A stretch of DNA of 64,000 nucleotides from Patescibacteria group bacterium. GTDB lineage: Bacteria; Patescibacteriota; Patescibacteriia; UM-FILTER-42-10. The notes under the pieces were generated by a model. The model made no database searches, was not told where the DNA came from, and saw nothing but the letters and a program-made list of their open reading frames with translations. Shown here piece by piece: positions 19,948 to 29,718 of the stretch. A program made the translations under genes and the position numbers. Numbering within the stretch: position 1 is the first letter of the stretch; each line of letters begins with the position of its first letter. The stretch is taken from the NCBI GenBank assembly GCA_041664365.1, contig JBAYKW010000004.1:11013-75012 (forward strand). The letters are read 5' to 3'.

Positions 19948-21252
19948 TTAAAATCCTTCATAATCACGCATTACGAGTTTCGATTCTATCTGTTTAACAG
20001 TCTCCAGAACAACACTCACAACGATTAAGAGACTGGTTCCGCCAAGCACTAATGACTGTATGCCGGTTGCAGCCTGGACAACAAACGGTAAGACTGCGAT
20101 CGCGCCGAGAAATAATGCACCGGTCAAGAGTATTCGATTTGAAACATACCCTAAGTATTCGGTCGTCGGTCTTCCTGGACGAATACCTGGAACAAAGCCG
20201 CCCTGCTTCTGCAGATTTTCCGATATTTGATCCGGATGGAAAATTACCGCAGTATAAAAATAAGTAAATGCCACTACAAATGTAAAATAGGTAATCCCGT
20301 AGAAAAGCTGATTGTTAAATATATTTACAACCCACTGCGCAAAATTCGCAATCCACGCGGTATCAGACCCGATAAAATACTGCGCGATTATTGGCGGAAT
20401 TAATACAATGGAAATTGCAAAAATGATCGGAATAACCCCGGCCTGATTTACACGCAACGGCAGATGAGTATTAACTCCACCATATACTTTATTACCCCTG
20501 ATTCGCCTAGCGTATGATACCGGGATGTTTCTCTGCCCCTCGGTAATGATAACTACACCGGTTATAGTTATTATACCAATGATTATAAATGCTAAATATG
20601 TAAATATCTGACTCGGGTCAAACACGGCAAAAGTCTGTTGAATTGACCTCGGCAAAGCGGCAATAATACCGGCAAAAATCAATACGGAAATTCCGTTTCC
20701 AATCCCCTTTTCAGTGATTAATTCTCCCAGCCACATTAACAGCATACTGCCAGCGGTAATCATAATAATCGCTGAAGCCCATTGGAATGAGGTTAAATTA
20801 CCGATTATACCCTGTGCCGTAGCGCCAGCCGCTGATCCGCCTGTTCTCTGTAGTATCGTAATCGTGCTGTAAGCCTGTAAAGCAGCGAGTGGCACGGCAA
20901 GCAACCTTTGATACTGGTTTATTTTTGCCCTTCCAGCTTCTCCGTCTTTCTGCATTTCCTGCAGACGAGGGACGATCATTACCAGCAATTGGAAAATAAT
21001 TGAGGCAGTGATATAAGGCCCTAGCCCAAGCATTACTACAGAAAAATTCTCCAGCGCTCCGCCGGAAAACATGTTCAATAGTCCCAACACCTGATTGGAG
21101 TTAAAAAAGTTTTTCAGATTCTCTACATCCACTCCTGGTACCGGTACATGTGCAGCAATCCTGAAAACTAAAAGAAGGCCTAAAACATATAGGATTTTAT
21201 TCCGAATGTCTTTTACCTTCCATAATTGGAGCACTTTTGAAAATGCGGACAT
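19948..21252 (-). CDS. secY: Preprotein translocase SecY
   Basis: LGLGPYITASII, GIGNGIS, AGVIPIIFA, PGIRPG, GGTSLLIVV. Confidence 0.98.
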   Translation of the reverse strand: MSAFSKVLQLWKVKDIRNKILYVLGLLLVFRIAAHVPVPGVDVENLKNFFNSNQVLGLLNMFSGGALENFSVVMLGLGPYITASIIFQLLVMIVPRLQEMQKDGEAGRAKINQYQRLLAVPLAALQAYSTITILQRTGGSAAGATAQGIIGNLTSFQWASAIIMITAGSMLLMWLGELITEKGIGNGISVLIFAGIIAALPRSIQQTFAVFDPSQIFTYLAFIIIGIITITGVVIITEGQRNIPVSYARRIRGNKVYGGVNTHLPLRVNQAGVIPIIFAISIVLIPPIIAQYFIGSDTAWIANFAQWVVNIFNNQLFYGITYFTFVVAFTYFYTAVIFHPDQISENLQKQGGFVPGIRPGRPTTEYLGYVSNRILLTGALFLGAIAVLPFVVQAATGIQSLVLGGTSLLIVVSVVLETVKQIESKLVMRDYEGF

Positions 21253-21255
21253 GCC

Positions 21256-21768
21256 TTATTTTCCTTTTTCTTTTTTTTCTTTTCTTTCTTGCTCTATTTT
21301 TTGTTGACGAGAAGGTTGTCGTTCAATCACGATTACATTACCTCCTGCTTTTTTTATAGCATCTTCAGCAGATTTTGAAAAGCGATGTGCGGAAACTGTA
21401 ATTTTCTTTTTGATTGATCCGTTACTCAGTATTTTAATGCCGGGATATATTTCCGGTACCAGTTTTGCTTTCAATATCTTCGCTGGAGTAATATTTGCAC
21501 CTTCTTCAAATGCGGCATTTAACTGATTCAAATTCACAATATGCATTTGCAGTTTAAAACTCTTGAATCCTCTGGTTTTAGCAACTTGTCTGATAAATGA
21601 AGGTGCTTTTTTACCATGATGAACCGCTTTGCGTCTCCCGCCTGAGCGTGATCGTTGCCCCTTCAATCCTCTACCGCCGTATGTTCCACCTTTACCAGAA
21701 TCACCACGCGCTATTCTGTTGCGTTTCTTTCTGTTGGATGTTTTTAAATTTGATAATTTTAATGTCAT
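21256..21768 (-). CDS. rplO: 50S ribosomal protein L15
   Basis: GRGLKGQRSRSG, VNLNQL, FSKSAEDAIKKAGG; operon position. Confidence 0.93.
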   Translation of the reverse strand: MTLKLSNLKTSNRKKRNRIARGDSGKGGTYGGRGLKGQRSRSGGRRKAVHHGKKAPSFIRQVAKTRGFKSFKLQMHIVNLNQLNAAFEEGANITPAKILKAKLVPEIYPGIKILSNGSIKKKITVSAHRFSKSAEDAIKKAGGNVIVIERQPSRQQKIEQERKEKKEKGK

Positions 21769-21774
21769 AATATA

Positions 21775-22281
21775 TTAAGATCTTTTTAGTTGTTCAATTT
21801 CCTCTTTTGTTCTCATTTTCTTCAATGCCTGAATAGTCGCACGAACATTACTGATCTTATTCTTAGAAGCAAGCATTTTACTGACAACGTTTTTAATTCC
21901 GGACAGCTCTAATACCGCTCTTACCGGTCCGCCGGCAATAATTCCCCTACCTTGTGTCGCAGGCTTTAATAATACCTGCGCTCCGCAGTTTTTTTCTAAC
22001 ATCATATGCGGAATGGAATCTTTCACTATTTTTACAGTAAATATTTCTTTCTTTGCCGAGGCAATCGCTTTATTTACAGCAGACGCGACATCCGCCCCCT
22101 TACTGACACCCATACCGACTTTTCCTTTGCGATCACCAATAACAACACATGCCCGAAAGCGCATTCTTTTTCCGCCGGCTTGTACCCTTGTTACGCGAGT
22201 GATTTCGATGACCTTTTGGTCAAATTCATCTTTTTCGCGATCGTCTTTTTTTGGAAATCTCTTTGATGTATTTTGTGCCAT
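21775..22281 (-). CDS. rpsE: 30S ribosomal protein S5
   Basis: GGKRMRFRACVVIGD, GIIAGGPVRAVLE. Confidence 0.97.
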   Translation of the reverse strand: MAQNTSKRFPKKDDREKDEFDQKVIEITRVTRVQAGGKRMRFRACVVIGDRKGKVGMGVSKGADVASAVNKAIASAKKEIFTVKIVKDSIPHMMLEKNCGAQVLLKPATQGRGIIAGGPVRAVLELSGIKNVVSKMLASKNKISNVRATIQALKKMRTKEEIEQLKRS

Positions 22282-22295
22282 TTACATGTATTTTA

Positions 22296-22661
22296 TTAGA
22301 ATTTAAGTCCGCCTTCTCGGGCACCTTCCGCCACTGCTTTTATCCTACCATGATATCTGACTCCAGCTCTATCGAATACAATCTCTGTGACCTTCTTTGC
22401 TTTTGCAAGTTCAGCAATCGATTTACCGACTTCGCGGGCTACCTCAACCTTGGTCCCAGTTTGTTTATCTTTCGCAAGTTTTTGATCATCAATGCTGACG
22501 ATTGTTACTCCGGCATCATCATTTATTATCTGAACATAAATATGTTTAAGACTTCTGTGCACAGCTAAACGAGGCCGTGTTGCACTACCATGAATTTTAG
22601 CTCTGGTTCGGGCTTTTCTTCTTTTTCGCGTTATTCTCTTTTGGATCAATATTTTTTTCAT
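22296..22661 (-). CDS. rplR: 50S ribosomal protein L18
   Basis: RPRLAVHRS, YHGRIKAVAEGAREGGLKF. Confidence 0.97.
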   Translation of the reverse strand: MKKILIQKRITRKRRKARTRAKIHGSATRPRLAVHRSLKHIYVQIINDDAGVTIVSIDDQKLAKDKQTGTKVEVAREVGKSIAELAKAKKVTEIVFDRAGVRYHGRIKAVAEGAREGGLKF

Positions 22662-22691
22662 GATTCTCTAAACAATTAATATTCCTAATTA

Positions 22692-23240
22692 TTATTTCTC
22701 TGAACTTTTAACCACTTTGCCCGCTTTACGGCGGATTTTCTCATCAACATACTTCATACCTTTACCTTTATAGGGTTCCGGTTTTTTTATGTCTCTGATT
22801 TCTGCCGCAGTCTGGCCAACTTTTTGCTTATCAATTCCAGAGATAGTGATTACATTTTTAACAATTTTTCCTTCAATACCTTCCGGCAGATCATAATTAA
22901 CCGGGTGAGAAAAACCAACATTTAAAAGTAACTTATTCCCGGCTAGTTCCATTTTAAATCCTACTCCGTTTAACTCAAGCTGCTTCTCAAATCCATCAGT
23001 TACACCCTTTACCATGTTTGCAATCAACATTCTGTATAATCCCCAATATGCTCTGTCAGTTTTATTATCAGGATTTTTTACTGTAACTAAAATATTATTC
23101 TCCACTTTTTCAATTCTGACTCTGGAATCAACATCCTGTGTTAACTCCCCCTTCGGTCCTTTGATAGTTACTAACTTGTCTTCAAAACTGAAAGTAACAT
23201 TTTCCGGGAGATTGATTGGTTGTTTACCTATTCTTGACAT
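22692..23240 (-). CDS. rplF: 50S ribosomal protein L6
   Basis: MSRIGKQP, PEPYKGKG. Confidence 0.97.
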   Translation of the reverse strand: MSRIGKQPINLPENVTFSFEDKLVTIKGPKGELTQDVDSRVRIEKVENNILVTVKNPDNKTDRAYWGLYRMLIANMVKGVTDGFEKQLELNGVGFKMELAGNKLLLNVGFSHPVNYDLPEGIEGKIVKNVITISGIDKQKVGQTAAEIRDIKKPEPYKGKGMKYVDEKIRRKAGKVVKSSEK

Positions 23241-23248
23241 AATCTTGT

Positions 23249-23644
23249 TTAATAAATTTCACAAATTACCTCTCCGCCGATTTTTTTCTTTTTTGCGTCT
23301 ATATTCGTCATTAACCCTGCAGATGTAGACAGGATAGCAATTCCTAAACCGTTCAGAACATTTGGTATCTGCTGATATTCAACATAAACACGTCGGCCGG
23401 GCTTACTTACCCTAATCAGGCTTTTAATGATTGATTCCTGGTCTGGCGTATATTTCAGCTCAATATTGATATTAGCAAAATTATCGTCAGATTTCTCAAC
23501 CTTTTTTACATAACCTTCTTTTTCCAGAATTTTTGCTATCTCAAACTTAATCTTAGAAAAAGGAATTACGACTTTTTCTTTCTTTAACGGAACTGTATTC
23601 CGGATCCGTGTTAACATATCTGCAATTGGATCTGTGGTTGTCAT
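23249..23644 (-). CDS. rpsH: 30S ribosomal protein S8
   Basis: DPIADMLTRIRN, SKPGRRVY, GGEVIC. Confidence 0.97.
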   Translation of the reverse strand: MTTTDPIADMLTRIRNTVPLKKEKVVIPFSKIKFEIAKILEKEGYVKKVEKSDDNFANINIELKYTPDQESIIKSLIRVSKPGRRVYVEYQQIPNVLNGLGIAILSTSAGLMTNIDAKKKKIGGEVICEIY

Positions 23645-23680
23645 AGAATACTAAATAATAATTACTGTTTAAATCAAATA

Positions 23681-23875
23681 TTACCAGCTTGATTTTGTTA
23701 TACCAGGGATCTCGCCTTTATTCGCTAGTTCCCGAAAACAAATTCTGCAAAGGTCGAATTTTCGCATGTAACCATGCTGTCTTCCACAACGCCAACATCT
23801 GCTTACTTTTCTAGTTGAATACTTTGGATTTACTAGAGACCTTTTGGATTTTGCAATTTGTGATTTTTTTGCCAT
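23681..23875 (-). CDS. rpsN: 30S ribosomal protein S14, zinc-binding type
   Basis: RCWRCGR...LCRICFRE...SSW. Confidence 0.96.
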   Translation of the reverse strand: MAKKSQIAKSKRSLVNPKYSTRKVSRCWRCGRQHGYMRKFDLCRICFRELANKGEIPGITKSSW

Positions 23876-23877
23876 AC

Positions 23878-24420
23878 TTATTCCTCTTGAAAAGGTAAAC
23901 CTAATAAGGTAAATAGAGCCAATCCTTCTTCTTTTGTTTTTGCTGTTGTTGAAATATTTACTTCCAGACCATGAATGGCTTCTATTTCATCTGGATGAAT
24001 CTCTGGAAAAACTGTGTGTTCTACAAAGCCGATACTTAAATTTCCTTTATCACTTACTGACTTCTTTGATATTCCCCTGAAATCTCTGACACGAGGCAGA
24101 CTAATGCTGATTAATTTGGTCAGAAAATCATACATTCTATCCCCTCTCAATGTCACCATAACACCGACTGTCATTCCTGCTCTGATTTTAAAATTGGAAA
24201 TTGATTTTTTTGATTTTGTTAACACAGGCTTTTGCCCTGTTATACGCTCCAGTGTATTTTTAACAACATCTAAAAATTTGGCGTCATTGATTGCCCTACC
24301 AACTCCGACATTGAGTGTCACTTTGTCAATTCTCGGAACTGCCATTGCATTTTTGTATCCTAACTCTTCCATCAAAACTGGAACTATTTCTTTCTTATAT
24401 TTTTCCTTTAAGCTGTTCAT
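23878..24420 (-). CDS. rplE: 50S ribosomal protein L5
   Basis: [19 protein letters not shown]. Confidence 0.97.
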   Translation of the reverse strand: MNSLKEKYKKEIVPVLMEELGYKNAMAVPRIDKVTLNVGVGRAINDAKFLDVVKNTLERITGQKPVLTKSKKSISNFKIRAGMTVGVMVTLRGDRMYDFLTKLISISLPRVRDFRGISKKSVSDKGNLSIGFVEHTVFPEIHPDEIEAIHGLEVNISTTAKTKEEGLALFTLLGLPFQEE

Positions 24421-24427
24421 ATTTCTA

Positions 24428-24733
24428 CTATATTACTTCGTTACACTTTTTGCAGATTCTATTTTTTTTCTTTTCAATAAATTTATGACCTATTCTTGTC
24501 AGTTTGCTGCATTTCGGACATATTAACATTACATTTTCTTCCCGCATAGGAGCACTGAACTGTACCTTTTCACCTTTTTGACCTTCTTTCTTTGGCCTAG
24601 CATGTTTAATGCGCAGATTCAAACCTTCCACTACAACAAAACCTTCTTTAGGAAAAACCTGCATAACCTTGCCCTTTTTTGCCCGGTCTTTACCTTTTAC
24701 AATTTTTACTTGATCGCCTTTTTTTACTTTCAT
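24428..24733 (-). CDS. rplX: 50S ribosomal protein L24
   Basis: KOW motif KKGDQV...GKD, VVEGLN, CPKC...CKKC. Confidence 0.96.
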   Translation of the reverse strand: MKVKKGDQVKIVKGKDRAKKGKVMQVFPKEGFVVVEGLNLRIKHARPKKEGQKGEKVQFSAPMREENVMLICPKCSKLTRIGHKFIEKKKNRICKKCNEVI

Positions 24734-24742
24734 ATATTTAGT

Positions 24743-25114
24743 TTAAATTGTTTCCGGTGCCAATGATACTATTTTATCAAAACCTCTTGTTTTTAACTCT
24801 CTGGCCACCGGTCCAAAAATTCTGGTCCCCTTCGGCTCTTTATTGGCTTTATCTACAATTACCGCAGCATTTTCATCAAATCTTATGTATGATCCGTCTT
24901 TTCTTCTCAGTTCTTTGGCCTGACGGACGATTACTGCCTGCAGTACTTCTCCTTTTTTCACCATACCGTATGGGGTAGCAACTTTTACAGCGACAGTAAT
25001 TATATCACCAATATATGCATACCGCCTCTGATTACCGCCAAGTACACGAATACACTGCAAAACTTTTGCTCCGGTATTGTCTGCTACTTTTAATCTTGTT
25101 CCAACTTGAATCAT
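24743..25114 (-). CDS. rplN: 50S ribosomal protein L14
   Basis: [25 protein letters not shown]. Confidence 0.98.
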   Translation of the reverse strand: MIQVGTRLKVADNTGAKVLQCIRVLGGNQRRYAYIGDIITVAVKVATPYGMVKKGEVLQAVIVRQAKELRRKDGSYIRFDENAAVIVDKANKEPKGTRIFGPVARELKTRGFDKIVSLAPETI

Positions 25115-25125
25115 ATTCTTATTTT

Positions 25126-25191
25126 GTAATCGGTAATTGGTAGTTCGTAATTATTTATTTTATTAATTACCAATTACGAGTTACTAATTAC
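25126..25191. repeat. Inverted array of degenerate 7-mers (GTAAT then TTACxxA)
   Basis: gtaatcg-gtaattg-gtagttc-gtaat ... ttaccaa-ttacgag-ttactaa-ttac between rpsQ and rplN. Confidence 0.75.
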
Positions 25192-25475
25192 TTATTCTTA
25201 TTAACCACTCTCCATCTTTTGTCCTTTGAAATGGGACGGCATTCAATAAATTCCACAGTATCACCCTTCTTGTATTCGTTTTTTTCGTCATGAACTTTAT
25301 ATTTTCTGGATACAGTGTATTGTTTCTGATATTTTTCATGCGTTTTAACCCGGTCAACACGAACAACGACTGTTTTATCCATGGCATCGCTAACAACAAC
25401 CCCGACAAAATTTCTTTTGCTCGGAAGAGATTTGTTTGTTTCAACCAGTTCTTTTGTTGTAATTTCTTCGTTCAT
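25188..25475 (-). CDS. rpsQ: 30S ribosomal protein S17
   Basis: [22 protein letters not shown]. Confidence 0.97.
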   Translation of the reverse strand: MNEEITTKELVETNKSLPSKRNFVGVVVSDAMDKTVVVRVDRVKTHEKYQKQYTVSRKYKVHDEKNEYKKGDTVEFIECRPISKDKRWRVVNKNK

Positions 25476-25483
25476 ACGTGTGT

Positions 25484-25693
25484 TTATTTATCAGAAGTCT
25501 TAGCTTTCATTTGTTTTTGTTTGATCAAGGTCATGATATTTGAAATATTCTTTCTTTCAGTTCTGATTTCACGAACATTTTTCAATTGATCATTATTCGT
25601 TTTAAATCGCAATTCCCTCAAATGCTCTCTTGAATCTGATAAAAGCTTTTGAAGTTCGCTGTCGTTCTTTTCCTGTAATTCTTTCCATTTCAT
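25484..25693 (-). CDS. rpmC: 50S ribosomal protein L29
   Basis: LRELRF...RKNISNIMT; position after rplP. Confidence 0.93.
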   Translation of the reverse strand: MKWKELQEKNDSELQKLLSDSREHLRELRFKTNNDQLKNVREIRTERKNISNIMTLIKQKQMKAKTSDK

Positions 25694-25695
25694 GG

Positions 25696-26109
25696 CTATA
25701 TTCCTTCCTTAACAAGTATCTTGGTTTTTACCGGGAGTTTATGCGAAGCCAGTCTGAATGCTTCACGAGCGATTTCTTCTGTTACACCATCCATTTCAAA
25801 CAATATAGTACCGCTTCTGACGGATGAAACATATCTCTGCACTGCTCCCTTGCCACCGCCCATACCGACTTCCCCGCCTTTCCCGGTTATAGGGTTGTGT
25901 GGAAATACTCTGGTCCATATTTTTCCACCGCGTTTTACTGAACGGGTCATGGCTCTTCTTGCCGATTCAATTTGTCTGTCAGAAATCCAGGAATTCTCAA
26001 GAGATTTTAAACCGTAACTCCCAAAGGCTAATTCAATTTTTCTGGAAGCCTTTCCTTTTGGATTTGGTTTATATGGTTTTCTGTATTTTAATTTCTTTGG
26101 AGTCAGCAT
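25696..26109 (-). CDS. rplP: 50S ribosomal protein L16
   Basis: RQIESARRA, MGGGKG, HKLPVK. Confidence 0.97.
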   Translation of the reverse strand: MLTPKKLKYRKPYKPNPKGKASRKIELAFGSYGLKSLENSWISDRQIESARRAMTRSVKRGGKIWTRVFPHNPITGKGGEVGMGGGKGAVQRYVSSVRSGTILFEMDGVTEEIAREAFRLASHKLPVKTKILVKEGI

Positions 26110-26124
26110 AATTTTACTGTTCTT

Positions 26125-26793
26125 CTATTTAGATTCTTTATTACTATTTTTATCTTTTTCAAAAATTTCGCCTCTGTAGATCCATACTTTGATTCCGATT
26201 GCTCCGTATGTAGTTCTGGCAGTTCCTCTGGAGTAGTCAACATCCGCGCGTAAAGTATGCAGCGGTACCTTTCCTTCTGAAAGAGTCTCAGTTCTGGCTA
26301 TTTCTGCACCATTTAATCTTCCGGCCATTACAATCTTTACACCTTCCGCTCCGGCACGCATAACCTGCTCTATTCCTCTCTTCATAACTCTTCTAAACGG
26401 AAGTCGTTTTTCAATTTGTGTTATTAAACCCTGCAATATCAGTTCAGCTACAATATCCGGCTTGTTAACTTCCACAATATTTATGTTCAAAGATATTTTT
26501 TGACTGCCTAAAAATTTTTGTTTGATAATTTTTTTCAAATCCTCTATTCCTGCTCCGCCTCTGCCGATTACAACACCCGGCCTGCTGGTCTGAATAATAA
26601 TAGTTAATGTGCCAGATGAGCGCTCTATCTCAATTCGAGCAACACCCGCTTCACGCAATTTTTTTCTTATAAAATCCCGAATCTGGACATCTTCCTTCAA
26701 ATAAACGCTATAATTCTTCTGCGCAAACCATTTTGAGCAAGACTCATTAATTATACCGATTCGAAATATTCTTGGATTAACTTTTCGTCCCAT
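26125..26793 (-). CDS. rpsC: 30S ribosomal protein S3
   Basis: RPGVVIGRGG, GRLNGAEIAR, PLHTLRADVDY. Confidence 0.98.
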   Translation of the reverse strand: MGRKVNPRIFRIGIINESCSKWFAQKNYSVYLKEDVQIRDFIRKKLREAGVARIEIERSSGTLTIIIQTSRPGVVIGRGGAGIEDLKKIIKQKFLGSQKISLNINIVEVNKPDIVAELILQGLITQIEKRLPFRRVMKRGIEQVMRAGAEGVKIVMAGRLNGAEIARTETLSEGKVPLHTLRADVDYSRGTARTTYGAIGIKVWIYRGEIFEKDKNSNKESK

Positions 26794-26795
26794 GG

Positions 26796-27341
26796 TTATT
26801 TATCTCCTGAATGAATAAGCATACTCTTTTTGCCCTTAAAACGGCCGCTGAACCTTTTATCTTTCCCGTCTCCTTTTTCATCCTTGTCTTTAGTATCCTG
26901 CGTTTCTTTCCTCAGTTCTTTTGCATCCACAATTTTCAAATCCTCTTTTGGAGATTTCTTATCTTTCTTCTTAAGATCAGCAGAAGCCTGTTTAGTTTTC
27001 TTTACTTCTTCTAAAACGATTAATATATGAGAAGATCTTTTTAATACTTCTGTTGCCCTGCCAAATGCTCTTGGTTTCCAGCGTTTAAGTACCGGTCCGT
27101 CGTTTACTGTAATCTCTTTAATAAACAAATTGCTTTTGTCTAATTTGAAGTTGTTTACAGCATTTGCCACAGCAGATTTCAGCAGTTTAAGCACTGGCAA
27201 TGCGGATCCCTTTTGCATAAATTGAAGCTGGTGCTCCGCTTTTTCCACATCCATACCTCTTAGGACATCAACAACAAGACGCACTTTTCTTGGTGCTATT
27301 CTTAATCTGCTTAATTTTGCTCTTACTTCCATTTTCTTCAA
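26796..27341 (-). CDS. rplV: 50S ribosomal protein L22 with charged C-terminal extension
   Basis: APRKVRLV, KSAVANA, PRAFGRA, KRSSHI, then about 70 extra residues. Confidence 0.96.
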   Translation of the reverse strand: MKKMEVRAKLSRLRIAPRKVRLVVDVLRGMDVEKAEHQLQFMQKGSALPVLKLLKSAVANAVNNFKLDKSNLFIKEITVNDGPVLKRWKPRAFGRATEVLKRSSHILIVLEEVKKTKQASADLKKKDKKSPKEDLKIVDAKELRKETQDTKDKDEKGDGKDKRFSGRFKGKKSMLIHSGDK

Positions 27342-27356
27342 ATTTACTTATATATT

Positions 27357-27692
27357 TTATTTCTCTGAACCTTTGTCTGCAGGCTGTGACTCCATCTTCT
27401 TGCTTGCTGCAGCTGCCGCTTCTTGTTCTTTCTGCATTCTACCGCCATGTCTGTGGAAAGTCCTGGTTGGGGAAAATTCACCCAGCTTATGACCGACCAT
27501 ATTTTCAACAACATAGACTGATTTGTGTTCTCTGCCATTATGCACACCGATCGTGAAACCAACCATTTCAGGAGTGATTGTTGATGAACGGGACCATGTT
27601 TTAATAATTGTTTTATCGCCCTGCCTTAAGTTTGAAAGCTTTTTTAACAGCTTCGGGTCGGTAAATGGTCCTTTTTTTAGTGATCTTGTCAT
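27357..27692 (-). CDS. rpsS: 30S ribosomal protein S19
   Basis: [24 protein letters not shown]. Confidence 0.98.
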   Translation of the reverse strand: MTRSLKKGPFTDPKLLKKLSNLRQGDKTIIKTWSRSSTITPEMVGFTIGVHNGREHKSVYVVENMVGHKLGEFSPTRTFHRHGGRMQKEQEAAAAASKKMESQPADKGSEK

Positions 27693-28526
27693 TTATTTGG
27701 TTCTCCGTTTGATAATATGCTTATCAGATTTCTTTCCTTTTCTTCTTGTTTTCTTCCCGAGTGCCGGCTTACCCCATGGGGTCTTTGGCCGTTTCAGACC
27801 GATCGGATTACGACCCTCACCACCACCGTGTGGATGATCTACCGGATTCATTACTTTTCCTCTCACAGTTGGCCGGATTCCTCTTCTTCTGGTTCTGCCC
27901 GCCTTACCCCATCGAATATGTCTGTGATCAGGGTTGGAAACCTGCCCAATAGTAGCCATACATTTGATTGAAACCAGCCTTATTTCGCCAGATGGCATTT
28001 TTAGCTGTGCTTTATCACCTTCAATCGACTGTACCATAATACCATTACCAGCGGATCTTGCTAACTCCCCTCCCTTACCAGGGGCAAGTTCAACATTACA
28101 TACCATGACTCCCGGAGGAATATTTTCAATTGTGGAGCGGTTACCTACTTTCACTTCAACTTTATTTTTTGACGAAATTATTTTTGCTCCTGGTTTTAAA
28201 CCTGCTGGTGCAAGAAAATAACATTTTTCACCGTCTTCGTATTGTACCAGCGCAATTCTGGCATTTCGATTTGGATCATATTCAATTGCCAAAACTTCTG
28301 CATAAACATCAAACTTTTGTCTTTTAAAATCAACTATCCGAATAAATCTTTTATTGCCGCCACCAATGTGTCTGACGGTAATTCTGCCGTGCGCATTACG
28401 TCCGCCGGACTTCTTTTTTATAATTGTCAGCTTTTTTTCTGGTTTATATTTGGTAATATCAGAAAACGAATCAACAGACGATCCCCTTCTTCCAGCACTA
28501 TTAGCTTTGTATTTAGTAATTCCCAT
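27693..28526 (-). CDS. rplB: 50S ribosomal protein L2
   Basis: EYDPNRNARIAL, MNPVDHPHGGGEG. Confidence 0.98.
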   Translation of the reverse strand: MGITKYKANSAGRRGSSVDSFSDITKYKPEKKLTIIKKKSGGRNAHGRITVRHIGGGNKRFIRIVDFKRQKFDVYAEVLAIEYDPNRNARIALVQYEDGEKCYFLAPAGLKPGAKIISSKNKVEVKVGNRSTIENIPPGVMVCNVELAPGKGGELARSAGNGIMVQSIEGDKAQLKMPSGEIRLVSIKCMATIGQVSNPDHRHIRWGKAGRTRRRGIRPTVRGKVMNPVDHPHGGGEGRNPIGLKRPKTPWGKPALGKKTRRKGKKSDKHIIKRRTK

Positions 28527-28535
28527 ATTTTTTTA

Positions 28536-29063
28536 TTAAACTCCTTCGAATATTTCTATTTTCTCGCCTGCTTTTAAACTGACAACTGCTTTTTTCCAAT
28601 ATTTTGTTGTTCCGGAATGACGACCATATTGAACCTGTCTGCCTCGTATATTGATTATTCGTACATTAATTGCGTTAACTCCGTACAGTGCTTTGATCGC
28701 TTTTCTAATTTCTACTTTATTGGCACTTGGATAAACTTCAAATACATACTGACCGAGTACACCTAGACTATTTGCTTTTTCAGTTATAATTGGTCTTACT
28801 AATACCCGATATGCATCTTTGGTATCATTACTTTTTAGTTTCTTTGGAGTACCCTTTACTGCTTCTTTTTCTTTTGCTGAAGTTTCTTTTTTTTGTTCAG
28901 ATTCTTTTCCAACTGACGGCACTAACGAAGGGTCAAATGACCTTGTTTCCGGTTTTTTATTCTTTACATTAGCAACCTTACCTTTCGTTTCAGGCTTTTT
29001 CTCCAGTTTCTTTTCGGGTTTATTTTCTTCACCCTGCTTTTTGAATCGATCAAGTAATCCCAT
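28536..29063 (-). CDS. rplW: 50S ribosomal protein L23 with long N-terminal extension
   Basis: RPIITEK...ANKVEIRKA...WKKAVVSL core after about 80 K/E-rich residues. Confidence 0.93.
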   Translation of the reverse strand: MGLLDRFKKQGEENKPEKKLEKKPETKGKVANVKNKKPETRSFDPSLVPSVGKESEQKKETSAKEKEAVKGTPKKLKSNDTKDAYRVLVRPIITEKANSLGVLGQYVFEVYPSANKVEIRKAIKALYGVNAINVRIINIRGRQVQYGRHSGTTKYWKKAVVSLKAGEKIEIFEGV

Positions 29064-29067
29064 AATA

Positions 29068-29718
29068 TTATTTCTTTACCTCATCTTTTTTGAAATATGT
29101 CTTTTGCATCTTTGCAATACTATCTTTGGCAATCAATAAATACTCGGCATTCAAAACCTGCATTATGTTTAGATTATCCGCCTGACAGGTTTCAACCATT
29201 GGCAGATTATTTGCAGATTTTGTGATTACCTTATCAGTTTCCGGTACAATTACAAGCGTCTTGTTGTTCTTCACCGGAAGTTTATTCATAATTCCAACTA
29301 AAACCTTTGTCTTTATCTCAGAAAGCTTAAGCGTATCAATCACAACCACTTTTTCATCCTGCGCTCGGTCAGATAGCACCATGAGCAGAGCTTTCTTCTT
29401 TGCCTTGCGATTCATTAGTTTTGAAAAATTCCGATCATTAGTAGGACCGAAGGTAACCCCTCCACCAATCCATAACGGTGAACGGATCGAACCATGTCTT
29501 GCTCTGCCGGTACCTTTTTGAGCCCATGGTTTACGACCTCCACCGCGGACATCACTACGTCCCTTTGTATGGGCCAGAACCTGTCTTTTATTTGCTTGCT
29601 GTCTGATTACTGCTTGCTGGACCAGTTCAGGACTAATCTTAACACCAAAAATTTGGGCTGGTAATTCAATCTCCCCGACACTATTTCCTTCTTGATTATA
29701 AACAGTTACTTTTTTCAT
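29068..29718 (-). CDS. rplD: 50S ribosomal protein L4
   Basis: KPWAQKGTGRARHGS, GGGVTFGP. Confidence 0.97.
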   Translation of the reverse strand: MKKVTVYNQEGNSVGEIELPAQIFGVKISPELVQQAVIRQQANKRQVLAHTKGRSDVRGGGRKPWAQKGTGRARHGSIRSPLWIGGGVTFGPTNDRNFSKLMNRKAKKKALLMVLSDRAQDEKVVVIDTLKLSEIKTKVLVGIMNKLPVKNNKTLVIVPETDKVITKSANNLPMVETCQADNLNIMQVLNAEYLLIAKDSIAKMQKTYFKKDEVKK

